The notes: generated by a model from the letters alone, not told the origin. Shown: positions 1 through 12,066, counted from the stretch's first letter. The stretch: DNA of 64,000 nt from Macrostomum lignano (GCA_002269645.1 NIVC01002533.1:1-64000), one strand, 5' to 3'. Numbers and translations are program-made.

Positions 1-237
1 TCTATGTACTATCGTACTTTACTTTTTACAATCAATCTTTGCGCATAGCTTGACTGCGCATTTGGGGCAAAAAATGTGCGCCTCTCTCCCAGTAATGAAA
101 ATGGCAGTCCAGCACCCATCCTCAGGATTCCCGTTGCCACCGTGATGCCACCCTCGGTTTCCTTTTCCCCTCCTAAACTGATGATTTTAAATATTCTGCT
201 TTGTTTTAAACTCGCAGCACCCACTTTCTGTACTTCA

Positions 238-2252
238 TCGAAGCTGCTATTTTTTGTGCCGAGGCGCCGACGGACAAGCGACGAAGCTTCCGTGCTGTCA
301 GCAGTTCGTCTACCTCGGCTGTCTGGTGCCTGACGTTTGCGAGGACCTGCGACGTCTTCGTGACTTGCCTGGGCTGCTTTCCGTTCCGTGAGGGTTGTCC
401 TGCAGTCCGAGGCGCTGCCCGACTGCCAGAGGGCGGCGTTGTTCCAGGTGGTAATCGAGACCGTCCTGCTGTACAACGCCGAGACCTGGACGCTGACGGA
501 TTCGCTCGAACAGCTGGTCGATGCGGCGCACGCTGGCCTGCTGCGCGCCGCCTTCAAGATCGGCTACGAGCGAGTGACCAATGCGGCACTCTATCGCCGC
601 ACCGGCCTGTCCCGCCCCAGCGAACTGTTGCGCCGTCGCGACTCCAGCTGGCAGGCCAGTTCATCCGAGCCGAGTCGTACTGCTCACAGCCGGTGCAGGA
701 GGTGCTGCTACTGACGCTACAGGCACCCTACCGGCGGGGGCAGGCGCGTACTCGGCGTTTCGTCGACTGCCTGCTGGCTGATGCCGGCGCCCCGGACAAC
801 TGCCCGGCGCCGCCTAGGTTCGCGCCCAGGCCTTGAAACGCGCCTTGTGACATTGTCTGCTAACTGATTGACAACAACAACAACAACAACAAGGTACTGC
901 TCCCGCCGGCCACGCAGTAGCCAGAAAGGGGGGAGCAGTCAGAAAGCGCGTCTCTGGGCCATTGCCCTCAGGAAGTCGCATCCCCCTGCTTGGTCCGGGC
1001 GCCAGCGTCACTCAAAAGTCGGTTAGGGTATCGCACCGTTTGCCCTTGGCCTCGCCTCCGCGGTCCCTGCAGCTTGAGCAGCAGCACGTCGTGTAGCGGC
1101 TCAGGACAGCGGGCCTCCGACCGGATGACGTGGCCAGCCAGTCGAAGTCGCCGCCCGCGCAGCAGGTCAGAAGGCCGCGTCAGGCGCGCCTAGTGTAGAG
1201 CGCGGCATTGGTCTCGCTGCCTGGGCCGCTGCGCACTCCGAAAGCCGCACGCAGCATTGCCGCATGCGCAGCGTCCAGCTGCCTCTCCAAGGCGTCCGTC
1301 AGGGTCCAAGTCTCGGCGTTGTACAACAGGACAGTCTCGACGACTGCCTGAAACAGCGAGCCTTGAGCCCGTCGTCCAGGGCCTCAGATTGGAGCACGGA
1401 GCGCACAGATCGAAATGCGGCCCAGGCCAGTCCTCGTCGTCTCTTCAGGTCGTCGGCAACGTCCGGCACGGAACCGCCGAGGTACACAAAGCGCTCGCAG
1501 CGGGTAAGCATAAATGCATTCCCGGCAGCGTCTCGGTAATTGATCTCGGCCGGCAAGTCGGAGGGCACCGTGAACACTACCGTCTTCCGCGCGTTCAGCT
1601 TAAGGCCGACCGCGACGCTGCCGCCATCAGGCCATCAAGCAGCCGCTGGGCACCTTCAGCCGTCGATGAAAGTAGCGCGAGGTCGTCCGCGTAGCCGAGA
1701 ACGGAGAGCCGCTTCTCCGGGTGCCACCGACTCGTGCGTCTTCTCAAAAGGAAGCCGTCATCCAGGTTGGGCAGGCCGGTTTTCAGCACCCAGTCCAGTG
1801 CCAGCACAAACAGAAAAGGCGCCAAAGTGTCACCCTGCAGCACGCCTGACGACGTGCTGAATTGATCTGACAGTCCATCTGGCGTCATCACCGAAGCGGT
1901 CGTGTCCTGGTACATCGCCATGATGGCGGAAATCAGTTGCTCCGGTACATTGTACGCACGAAGCACGAGAGGCAGCGCGCCGCGAGCCAGCGAGTCGAAG
2001 GCCTTGAGGAAATCAATGAAGATCACCACGAGACTTGACTGATGGATGCGCGCCTCCTCGATGATGCGGCGGAGGGCTAGGATCTGCGTCACTGTGCCGC
2101 GATGTGGGCGGAACCCGTTCTGCTCAGTTCGCAGGAACTGGTCCAGCACAGGCTGTAACCGAGCCAGCAGCACCCGGTTGAACAGCTTCGGTTGTCCACT
2201 CGCGGGGCGCGGCCTGCGAGGTTTGATTGACAACGTATTTTGTTGTTGTTGT
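238..2252 (+). mobile_element. 5'-truncated RTE-type non-LTR retrotransposon (interrupted by a second RTE at 876-2223)
   Basis: RT C-terminal motifs FVYLG..EDLRRR.GLAWAAF and VLLYNAETWTLT. (TTG)n tail at ~2240-2252. Flanked by 9-bp direct repeat TGTACTTCA at 229-237 and 2253-2261. Confidence 0.88.
876..2223 (-). mobile_element. 5'-truncated RTE-type LINE nested in the 3' UTR of the + strand RTE
   Basis: ORF 1595-2272 carries RT motifs QNGFRPHRG, FIDFLKAFDS, GVLQGDTLAPFLF and YADD; ORF 1299-1577 continues with FVYLGG. (CAA)n on + strand at 872-892 is the tail. TSD TGATTGACAAC at 865-875 and 2224-2234. Empty site at ~56145-56155. Confidence 0.93.
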
Positions 2253-2350
2253 TGTACTTCAGAAATATTCATACAAACGGATCAAGCGGCTCCAATATGC
2301 ATGTGCTCTGCCCGAGGTTTATTGGCCAGACTTTAACCATTTGGAAGCCA

Positions 2351-3060
2351 AAGGCCTGCACTGCAGGCCATATCGAAACGGCCCAAAAATCCAGAGATTG
2401 AACAATGTCTATGGCATCAAAAACCATCTCCCAATCACTAAAGCAACTGCCCAGTATGGCCTGCTGTGCAGGTCATGATTGATTTAAAGAAGTCCATTGT
2501 GCATTTCCGTTATGTTTTCACTCAAATGTTAAAGGTGAAATAAGCGTGTGCAGTGAAAATGAGGTGATGCACAAATGTATGTTTTGGTCGTATTAAATGT
2601 AGCTAACTTTAATCACTTCACTTTCGTCTGGATTTTCTGGTAGATCGATGCTTGGATTGATGGTCGAAACCCTCGGAATTCCGGCCGTCATGGTCAAACG
2701 AGTTGTCATTTCGACCCTTTTTACTGGGTCCAGGGGGCTAATTCAACCCATTCCGCGGTCGCCTCATCTTGGCTCTCATCAGTTTCTGGATCCATACTTT
2801 CCGACTCCGTTTCTGACTCAAAAACCGTTGAGTCATCGCTTGATAAAGCGTCTTCCGAATCGGAATCGAGTCCCAGTCTGCGCAAGGCGTCACTTTTAGC
2901 TGTCCTTATCGGGCGCGTAGAAGCAATTTGTGGGTAGGAAGGTTTGAACAGGAGCTAGCAGAAAAAGTCTGTGGTATACTTTACTTCTGGGCTTCTAGGG
3001 TGTGCACTCGATTCAGCAAAAAAGACAAATTTGTCTATGGACTGCTCTGCAGGCCTTTGA
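2351..3060. mobile_element. Putative non-autonomous TIR element
   Basis: CAAAGGCCTGCACTGCAGGCCATA (~2350-2373) is an imperfect inverted repeat of TATGGACTGCTCTGCAGGCCTTTG (~3037-3060). A third arm lies at ~2454-2474. No TSD identified. Confidence 0.4.
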
Positions 3061-3739
3061 GCTTTTAAGCGATCTTACAGAACCAAGTTTGGTATATAGC
3101 TATGATTATTGGTAATATCAGATATTTGGCAATAATGAAGCTGAACTTGTGCTAAACGGCTCTGTTTTGTTTCAAACTGCTTTCTGTCTGCGTAGCAATG
3201 GATAAATAATCAGCGGTCCAGTGTCGTGCTGCGACCGCTGATTATTTGCATTGTTATACTGCTTGATCATCCTACAAACAATGCATTGTTAGTAGTAATA
3301 TATTGTTCTGCATAAAAATGTAAATAATGATCGTCAAATTGCTAGACAATGAATGGAGGCTTCACGTGCGACAGATTTTGTAGCTATTTTGAGGAATTCG
3401 TGTAGAAAGACATCACCACAAGTTTCGATTTTGAATTACAAAATGTACATTTCATGTATCTGAATTGCGTGTATCTGCAAGTTCAGCTTATTTCATTTTT
3501 ATATTTATTAGTCGATTTTCGTTGCAAAAATACTTTCGGCTCCTATCTGTGCAGCGAGAAAATTAAATATCATTTGCAGCTTACAATTGGAGGAGCATAA
3601 TACGGCATGTGCATCTACTTGTACGAGTACCATGTGAAATTATGTTGTGTATGAACGAGTATATAGTGTGCCAGGATTCCAAGAGTGAACTGAGTGTAAA
3701 AGTGTGAGTGTGAGAGAGACAGTGAGAAAGTGAGTGTGA

Positions 3740-3985
3740 GGGAGTGAGTGAAAAAGTGAGTGAGAGAGTGAGGGTGAGAGAGTGAGGGTGAGAGAGTGAG
3801 AGTGAGAGAGTGAGGGTGAGAGAGTGAGGGTGAGAGAGTGAGGGTGAGAGAGTGAGGGTGAGAGAGTGAGGGTGAGAGAGTGAGGGTGAGAGAGTGAGAG
3901 TGAGAGAGTGAGGGTGAGAGAGTGAGGGTGAGAGAGTGAGGGTGAGAGAGTGAGGGTGAGAGAGTGAGGGTGAGAGAGTGAGGGT
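3740..3985. repeat. Minisatellite, ~12-bp unit GAGAGTGAGGGT
   Basis: Direct reading of the tandem unit; the paralogous array is at ~58600-58865. Confidence 0.9.
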
Positions 3986-5847
3986 TAGTTAAATTTCCAA
4001 CACAATTCAATTTACAATAAAATTCAACTTACAATAAAGTTCTATTTCCAAAACAAGTAAACATAAAAACACTTCAATTTCATACCGGTTTTTGTTTTTG
4101 GGTCCAGTTGGTTTTCAAACCTTCATCAGTCACATAAGCAAAAGTGCCTGTCTGGGCGAAGTTTTAAGGGCACTTTTTCTAATCCAGCCATTGGCCGATG
4201 TCAGGGACTCTGTCCGAGATATCAATAATTGAATAGCGACGCATGCAGGAGGGGGGATATTTCTGCGTATGGGAATTCTTAATCACTTTGATTATTTATA
4301 AAACATAAAATACAGGGACATACATACAACAAAACAATTTTTATGGAAGCAATCATGCTAGCTACTGGCTCCGGTTTAAGACGGGTTTTAAGATCAGAAA
4401 GCCAAATTCATATAGAGAGAAATAGCTATAGCTAGCTAATTAGAAAATATAGGAATTCAGCACTTGCTTAATAATAATAACGCTGAAGTGCTTGATAAAA
4501 TGTCCATAATTGGGTCATTTTGGGAGATTTATAAATTGAATAACATAAGGGAGAGTTCCGCCTCCGCCAGCGTACGCCACTATAGCTATATACATTCAAT
4601 ATCGAGCAAAATATTATTTAAACATATTGTGACCAACATAGCTGAATCCCACACATAAACAAACCCAAACAAAGGAGAATATCGTAAAACCTAAGTTAAA
4701 TCTATTAGTTAAAATTTGATAATGCAAGGCTTAGCTATTGTGAGGAAACTCAAGGGGTCAGAAGTCTCAACAATTGAATGACAGAATTCAATGTGTAGGC
4801 AAGGGTGAACTATTAAGATACCAGTAAAGCTAAATAACAGTTAATAACAACTAATTCACTAGGATTAGCAATTTGATTCCATTAGCTACACGAAAACGAA
4901 GCACAAAAAAGCCCACAGGAAAGCAAATTCACTTGGTTAAACTGAGTATCGATGAAATGAGAAATATGATTATGGATCATGCTAAAGCAAATGAATGTAA
5001 CATAAAATAAGAGATATCAATATCAATTTAAAGCCAAAAACTGACTTCAAACTTAAAACAGGGTTTAATCATGGAGGAAAGAATCTATTCATGGCTTTAA
5101 TATGTTATCAAATAATTCTTCATAGGTTTCGACAGTTCTCAAAAAAATCAGGCAAAGGAAAATGTGAGAATTACAATATTCTAATTAACTCACTTCTAAA
5201 TTAATACTCTGTAACCATTATTTAGTAGTAAAATCGATTTAACTAATAAAACAAAAAGGATAAAAAAATCAGCATTTAAAAGTCCACTTCAGTAGCATTT
5301 ATTGGTATCCCACAGAATGCAACTACTCGTATTACTACGAGTAACACAAACAGGATTAGCAATGCCAATAAACTGATCAGCATTTAAAGGTTCTATTTAT
5401 CAGCATTTTGCAGTCGCTACGAGTATGCATAAACCACAGAAAATACACAGAAAAGTTAGTCAGCTCTCTCGCACAGAACCTGCTGATGTAGCAAGTTTGC
5501 TTTATACCTCTTTTAATTGATTAGGAGACATGCTTATACCACGAGCTAACAAAGAATAGCAGTTGAAGTCGCATGGTGGTTTACCAATAGCTATAACAAT
5601 TATTTAAGTTTTCTAACAAATTTACTAGAATACTCGCAATTTTACCAGATGTATCTCATCCTTGATTTTCAAAAGAAATAATTTCGAACTCACTTGTTTC
5701 AAGCCAGTTTAAAGCTAGTTTTAGTAACCAACTTAAACAACCAACCATTCCATGCATTATTCTGTGGTACTACCATGACATTGACAATATTAACAACAGA
5801 AACTTCCAGAACAAGGTACCGTCTGTTGCCTTGCCTATGGCCTAAAA

Positions 5848-8413
5848 TTACCTTCTTAACTTAAAAATGTTGGCTATTGCCCCAAAAAAGACAGCACGCC
5901 TTGAGCGAACAAAACTTGACAGTCGATCAAAAACAAGCTTGCACTGAAATTGTTCGCAGATTGATAAAACAGACCGACGTGAGCTATCTCTGTCAGTGAG
6001 ACAGTCTGGTCCGAGCTCGTTCACCAGCCACTCGAGTGCTGAGCTGCTCACAGCATTGAAAGCAGCACAGTGCACTGCTGTCATGTTCTTCCATCCTCTC
6101 AGCTTGAAACACTCGACTCCATTCATCTTCTCTTTGATGAACTGCATTGATTCCGCCTTCTGGAACTCAGCCGCAATGTGGATGACTGTGTCATTGTTTG
6201 CATCTCTGTCAGTGAGACAGTCTGGACCGAGCTCGTTCACCAGCCACTCGAGTGCTGAGCTGCTCACAGCATTGCCAGCAGCCAGTGCACTGCAGTCCTG
6301 TTGATCATTCCTCTCAGCTTGAAACACTCGACTCCATTCATCTTCTCTTTGATGAACTGCATTGATTCTGCCTTCTGGACAGAAGCCGCAATGTGGATGA
6401 CCGTCAAGTTATCTGCATCTTTATCAGTGAGACAGTCTGGTCCGAGCTCGTTCACCAGCCACTCGAGTGCTGAGCTGCTCACAGCATTGCCAGCAGCACA
6501 GTGCACTGCAGTCATTTTGTTCATTCTTCTCAGCTTGAAACACTCGACTCCATTCATCTTCTCTTTGATGAACTGCATTGATTTCGCCTTCTGGAACGCA
6601 GCCGCAACGTGAATAACTGTGTCACTGTTTGCATTTCTGTCAGTGAGACAGTCTGATCCGAGCTCGTTCACCAACCACTTAAGTGGTGAGCTGCTCACTT
6701 CATTGCAAGCAGCACGGTGCACTGCAGTCATGTTGTTTATTCCTCTCAGCTTGAAACACTCGACTCCATTCATCTTCTCTTTGATGAACTGCATTGATTC
6801 CGCCTTCTGGAACTCAGCCGCAATGTGGATGACTGTGTTATTGTTAGCAGCTCTGTCAGTGAGACAGTCTGGTCCGAGCTCGTTCACCAGCCACTCGAGT
6901 GCTGAGCTGCTCACAGCATTAAAAGCAGCACAGTGCACTGCAGTCTTGTTTTGCCTTCCTCTTAGCTTGAAACACTCGACTCCATTCATCTTCTCATTGA
7001 TGAACTGCATTGATTCCGCCTTCTGGAACTGAGCCGCTATGTGGATGACTGTGTTATTGAATTGATCTCTGTCAGTGAGACAGTCTGGTCCGAGCTTGTT
7101 CACCAGCCACTCGAGTGCTGAGCTGCTCACAGCATTGCAAGCAGCCCAGTGCACTGCAGTCCTGTTGTTGAATCCTATCAGCTTGAAACACTCGACTCCA
7201 TTCATCTTCTCTTTGATGAACTGCATTGATTCCGCCTTCTGGAACTCAGCCGCAATGTGGATGACTGTGTCATTGTCTGCATCTCTGTCAGTGAGACAGT
7301 CTGGTCCGAGCTCGTTCACCAGCCACTCGAGTGCTGAGCTGCTCACAGCATTGCAAGCAGCCCAGTGCACTGCAGTCCTGTTGTTGAATCCTCTCAGCTT
7401 GAAACACTCGACTCCATTCATCTTCTCTTTGATGAACTGCATTGATTCCGCCTCTGGAACTCAGCCGCAGTGTGGATGACTGTTAAATTTTTTGTATCTC
7501 CGTCAGTGAGACAGTCTGTTCCGAGCTCGTTCACCAGCCACTCGAGTGCTGAGCTGCTCACAGCATTGCATGCAGCACGGTGCACTGAAGTCATGTTTTG
7601 CCTTCCTCTCAGCTTAAAACACTCGACTCCATTCATCTTCTCTTTGATGAACTGCATTGATTCCGCCTTCTGAAACTGAGCCGCAATGTGGATGACTGTG
7701 TCATTGTTTGCATCTCTGTCAGTGAGACAGTCTGGTCCGAGCTCGTTCACCAGCCACTCGAGTGTTGAGCTGCTCACTTCATTGCAAGCAGCACAATGCA
7801 CTGCAGTCATGTTGTTAATTCCTCTCAGCTTGAAACACTCGACTCCATTCATCTTCTCTTTGATGAACTGCATTGATTCCGCCTTCTGGAACTCAGCCGC
7901 AGTGTGGATGACTGTGTTATTGTTAGCATCTCTGTCAGTGAGACAGTCCGCTTCGAGTTCGAAAATCAGCCATTGGAATGTCGATCCATGATCTGTGAGA
8001 TTCTCTGCTGCCCTATGCATCACTGTTTTCTGCCTGCTATCTCTTGCTTCGAATGGGTTCCAGTCCGCTTCTACTGCCTGCAGCTTCTGTTTCAGGAACT
8101 CCATCGTCTCCGCAGTCTGACTCTTTGCTGCCAGGTGAGTCACCGAGTCGCCATCGCTATCAACCAGCCGAAATATGTCGACCCCGTGCCCCATCTCCAG
8201 TAATCGAAGAACCGGCAGTCCGTCTCTGTCCCGAGCTGCAGCAAAAATGACGCCTTTGGCGAAGTCTTCTCCAGGTCCGACGATGCTCTCGGACACCTGG
8301 AACAGCAGATCATCATTGAGCTGTTCGTCTCCGTCTGCTACTGCTTGATGGATCTGCCTATAGAGATGCTGGGATGCCTCGTATTCGCTGGACTCGCTGG
8401 GACTCAGAGCTCT
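5848..8413 (-). pseudogene. Ankyrin-repeat gene copy Ank1, main exon; 9 x 72-aa units; two -1 frameshifts (pseudogene or assembly error)
   Basis: ORFs 7418-8296, 6264-7442 and 5848-6327 join into one ankyrin ORF (TVIHIAA / TAVHCAA motifs, 216-bp period). 1-bp losses at ~7453 (GCCTCTGG vs GCCTTCTGG) and ~6283 (GCAGCCAGTG vs GCAGCCCAGTG). Splice acceptor ATTTCAG before 8413. Confidence 0.88.
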
Positions 8414-8526
8414 CTGAAATCGGATGAGGCAGATAGTTATAATTAGTCTAGGTTAATTAAAGGCCTATGACATTGGCAGTGAAACTTAAGGACATATAGG
8501 TAAATTGGGAAGGGCAGAGCAGAAAC

Positions 8527-8601
8527 ATTTTCGCTCGGTTCGGTCGTGAGTGTCGTGCTATGTGACTGCAAAGTGGCAGAGCAGTTGTTTTCCGCTATCA
8601 T
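8527..8601 (-). CDS. Putative first coding exon of Ank1 (MIAENNCSATLQSHSTTLTTEPSEN)
   Basis: 75-nt ATG-initiated segment conserved in all four copies. It ends at a phase-0 GT (weak GTTTCT donor) that matches the phase-0 acceptor of the main exon. Confidence 0.4.
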
Positions 8602-8604
8602 GTT

Positions 8605-9640
8605 GATGGGCTGCCGTGTCATCACCTGGCAGCCTTTCCGACTTTTTTCGACATGATCTTTGTAGGTAAAGCGCGATATATGAGAAAGCAGCATTTCTGT
8701 TTGTCCGTTGCTCAACTTGGTGGTGCCGCTATCTACACTTCCTATCAACGACGTCTACGAGTACTCTCTGCTTCGGCGGGGTGTATGCAGAAACTAGCAG
8801 AATTCGCGAGAGACAGCCGATGATATCGCGCTGCTGTCCTTTAACCTCTACGCGACAGGTGGTGCTTGGCATCACCCTTGTTGCCAACGGCTGTGCCGAA
8901 ATCGGGACATAGACTATTTGACAGTCGCTTCGAACAACTTTGTTAGTTTTCCTAGGAGCCACGTTGAAATCAATTAGACCATGGCCGGGTTCCATTTGAT
9001 TGCCGAACTGCCACATGTCATTGGTGTTATCGACTGCACAAATGTCGCTATCAAGAGTCCAACTAACAATGAGTATGTTTTTGAGAACAGAAAATCGTTT
9101 TATTCTATTAATGTTCAAGCTGTGTGCAGTGTCGCAATGTCATTCACGAACATTCTAGTACGCCGGCCGAGAAGTACACACGATTCTTTCATATTCAACA
9201 ACTCTGCATTAAAGGAGATTCTATCAGAAGTGTTAGTGGCAGTATTCCTCGTCGGAGATAGTGGATATCCTCTGAGACCATTTCTCATGAAGGTTTTCGA
9301 CACTCCAAAAGAGATGCAAGAGAGACCGACTTCAACCGGAGGCTGCGACAAACTCGGGTGAAAATAGAATGTTCATTCGGGATTCTAAAGTCTCGATTTT
9401 AATGCCTGAATCGTCATTCCGCAAGTCTCCGATTCCATCCGAGCAAGTTTTGCTTGATAATAAGCGCCTGTTTTGTGCTGCATAACATTGCGATCAACAG
9501 AGGAGTTCCACTGGTTGTGCCGATCCAGCCTGACATCAATGACGAACCGGAGTATGTTGGCGTCGATGATATTGGAGCTAGAAGAGCCGAGCGAATTCGC
9601 ATCGTACATTTGATACAACATGCAAGTAATCAGTAAAGAG
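8605..9640 (+). mobile_element. Degenerate PIF/Harbinger transposase remnant
   Basis: ORF 8981-9361 has VIGVIDCT, NRKSFYSINVQAVC, STHDSFIF and LVGDSGYPL; downstream IECSFGILKSRF and ACFVLHN motifs lie in shifted frames. Confidence 0.85.
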
Positions 9641-9643
9641 GCC

Positions 9644-10600
9644 CTAGAGCTGGGCCATGGTGGGCACGAGGGGCAGCCCCTTGGCGGCGCGGTTGTTCCG
9701 GATTTCGGTCTGGAGCTCGAGCGGGAGGCGGTTCCAGAATGCGTAGACGCGGCTGTCGAGGGTGCACGCGAGCTCACCTAGGCGGAGTAACTGGCCGGTA
9801 GCGAGTCGGAGGGCGTCGGTGTAATTCTCGAGCTCATCCAAGTCGGAGGCGGAGCTGCAGTGAAGAGCGAAAAGGATCTGGAAGAAGGCGTTTTTCTGCT
9901 CCTGGGCATCGGCGTAGTTGGCCTGGAGGACGCGGCAGGCTTCGGCGTAGGCGTTGGGCTGGCAAGCGTCGAGGGCGCCAAGCTTCCGGAGTGCCGGGCC
10001 AGAGTGAAGACCGCGGAGCGCCTCAAACTTATCGACGTCGTTGAGACTGGATTGGTCGACGCGGTAGAGGAAGGCGTTCCAGAACCCGGGGAATGCGGTT
10101 GGGTTGGTGCCGTCGAATGTCGGGAGACGAACCTTCTGGAGAACAGTGGAGTGGATTAGAGCGGCCGGATCGCTATCGCTGGTTGCGGACGACGACGCAG
10201 ATGTCAGGGCAGGATGGGAATTAGCGGCGAGCTGTTGTATGAGCAGCTGATTCTGCTGCATCATGGCGGTCATAGCGGTCAGGAGGGCGTTGATATCGAC
10301 GGAGGCAGCGGGAGCTGCTGCAGGGATCGCAGTTGTGGATGGAGCAGCGGGAAGAGCAGATGTCGCGGCTGCTGAAGCAGCAGGCGGCGGGTCACTGGCT
10401 TTGACGTGCGGCTGCTCCGCGTCGATTGGCGCTTCAGCAGAGGCTGTGCTGTGGTCGTTCTTGGACTGCTTGATCTGGTCGCCAGATAGGTCAGTTGTTG
10501 ATCGCGTGATAACCATGGTAATCCGGACGCTCTGCTACCAATTTGTAGAATAGATTCGTCGAGGAAGAGAGAGGAACCACGCTCTGCTACCAATTTGTGG
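9644..10600 (-). mobile_element. BEL/Pao LTR retrotransposon remnant: gag (DUF1759-like) ORF plus primer-binding site
   Basis: ORF 9644-10516 has LPTFDG..F..FW..F and L.DVDKF..LR. PBS TGGTAGCAGAGCGTGGTT (10575-10592, minus strand) resembles the complement of an initiator-Met tRNA 3' end. Confidence 0.78.
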
Positions 10601-12066
10601 AATTTGACAATAAACTAATATTGAACGAGCGGTTAGCGGGGAAGGAATCAGTAGAAGAGAAGCAGAGGTGAAGGGCCGAGGCCGCGAGTTGAACTTGTAT
10701 TTGTACTAACATAGCGAACAGGGTAGCTGAAATGTCTGTGGCAAATTAACGGTTATGCTAGTCTGTGGGAAAAGCGTGGTAGACGAAGGGAGCCAGCTAA
10801 CTGAAAAGTACGAGTCTTTATTGCAAAACAGAAAGTAGAAATATTTGAAGGATGAAATCGCCAAGACCTCGAATTTGACAAACTTGCTCGGATAGCTAAT
10901 GAAGTCAGTGTTGCTGCCTGCAAGATAGGTGAAGAATTTCTACTTTCTAGACAAGCAGGTCATTAACATGGAACTCTATCGCATCGCAGAACTGACACGG
11001 TGTCTTCGGCTGCGTCGACGGTCTCACCCTGCTATTCTCAACAACAACAACAACAACTGTTCTCAACTAGTGATGAGGCGCTAACGAATGATGCTCGCCA
11101 ATGGTGCCTCATTCCTTTGGTTATTGCGCTTGTACTTTGCTTCCACAGCTTCTACTTAATAATTAATAATATAACTACTTAATAATAATAAGTCAAAGAC
11201 TTTCTGCCACCCAGCTCAGCCTCAGACACTTCGAGATGTTAAATCAGCAAGCAGTGCGACTTGATGAAATATTGGCTTTCATGCTGACCTGACATCCTTG
11301 ATGCTGGATGCCATCAGAGTCCCATAACCATTTAAATATCTGTCGCTCGAGTGCAGGAAGGAAAGTCGCGTTGCAAGAACAGGACTTCAGGAAAGCTTGA
11401 ATAAATAAGCAACGCAATAATTGTACTTTATATCGACAATCATTTATTTATTTTGGATAAACGCAATAAAATATACTTATTACCAGTCAATGGGGTAGTG
11501 GGTGCATAATGTACAGAGAAACAGCTTAATGATATTACGAGCTAAGTCGTAACCAAGTTACCAAGAACACAGGTGAGTCAACAATGACTAAACGCATCCA
11601 GTCTTAGCGCGTTCATACGCTGGTGTGACATGCTGAACTTCTCAACACTTCTTGCAAGTCGCTCAGGCAACAGCCGAATGGTTGACATATGATGTCATGT
11701 GATCGCCCTTGCGGATCATGCAGGTCTGAAATGCTGCGACTCCGAGACGTCTCAAAGCGCCACTGAAATTCTTGTCATTGTCAACTTCGCGGCAGCTGTT
11801 GAGTACATCGCGCATAACACAAAAAACAGAAACTGCGGTGATTCTCAGCCAAAGATGCAAAAATTATATTTCGTAATATTGCAGAGGGTGGACCCAAATA
11901 AGTACAAATCCTAAGAAAAAACTGCTTAGTTATTTGATCTAAAAATGGATTCAGATTACCTGATCACTACGAGAAACCGTGTATTTAATAATGACAATAA
12001 TGCTGAGTTTACGTAAAAAAAAACAGCACGGCAAACACAATAGACAGCCAGCTGCTTAGTGCTCAC

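Larger units (their letters stand above)
1..8420. repeat. Segmental duplication, paralogous to ~55272-63110
   Basis: Colinear near-identical sequence (PLE 3' flank, RTE fragment, TIR element, 12-bp minisatellite, AT-rich 3' flank, ankyrin gene end). Differences are an extra RTE here (876-2223) and a Crypton-like insert in the other copy. Confidence 0.95.

Noticed and set aside
170-240. CTGATGA in the Penelope 3' region (also ~55451) as a hammerhead ribozyme
   Set aside because: No stem II followed by GAAA can be formed, even after removing the RTE insertion.
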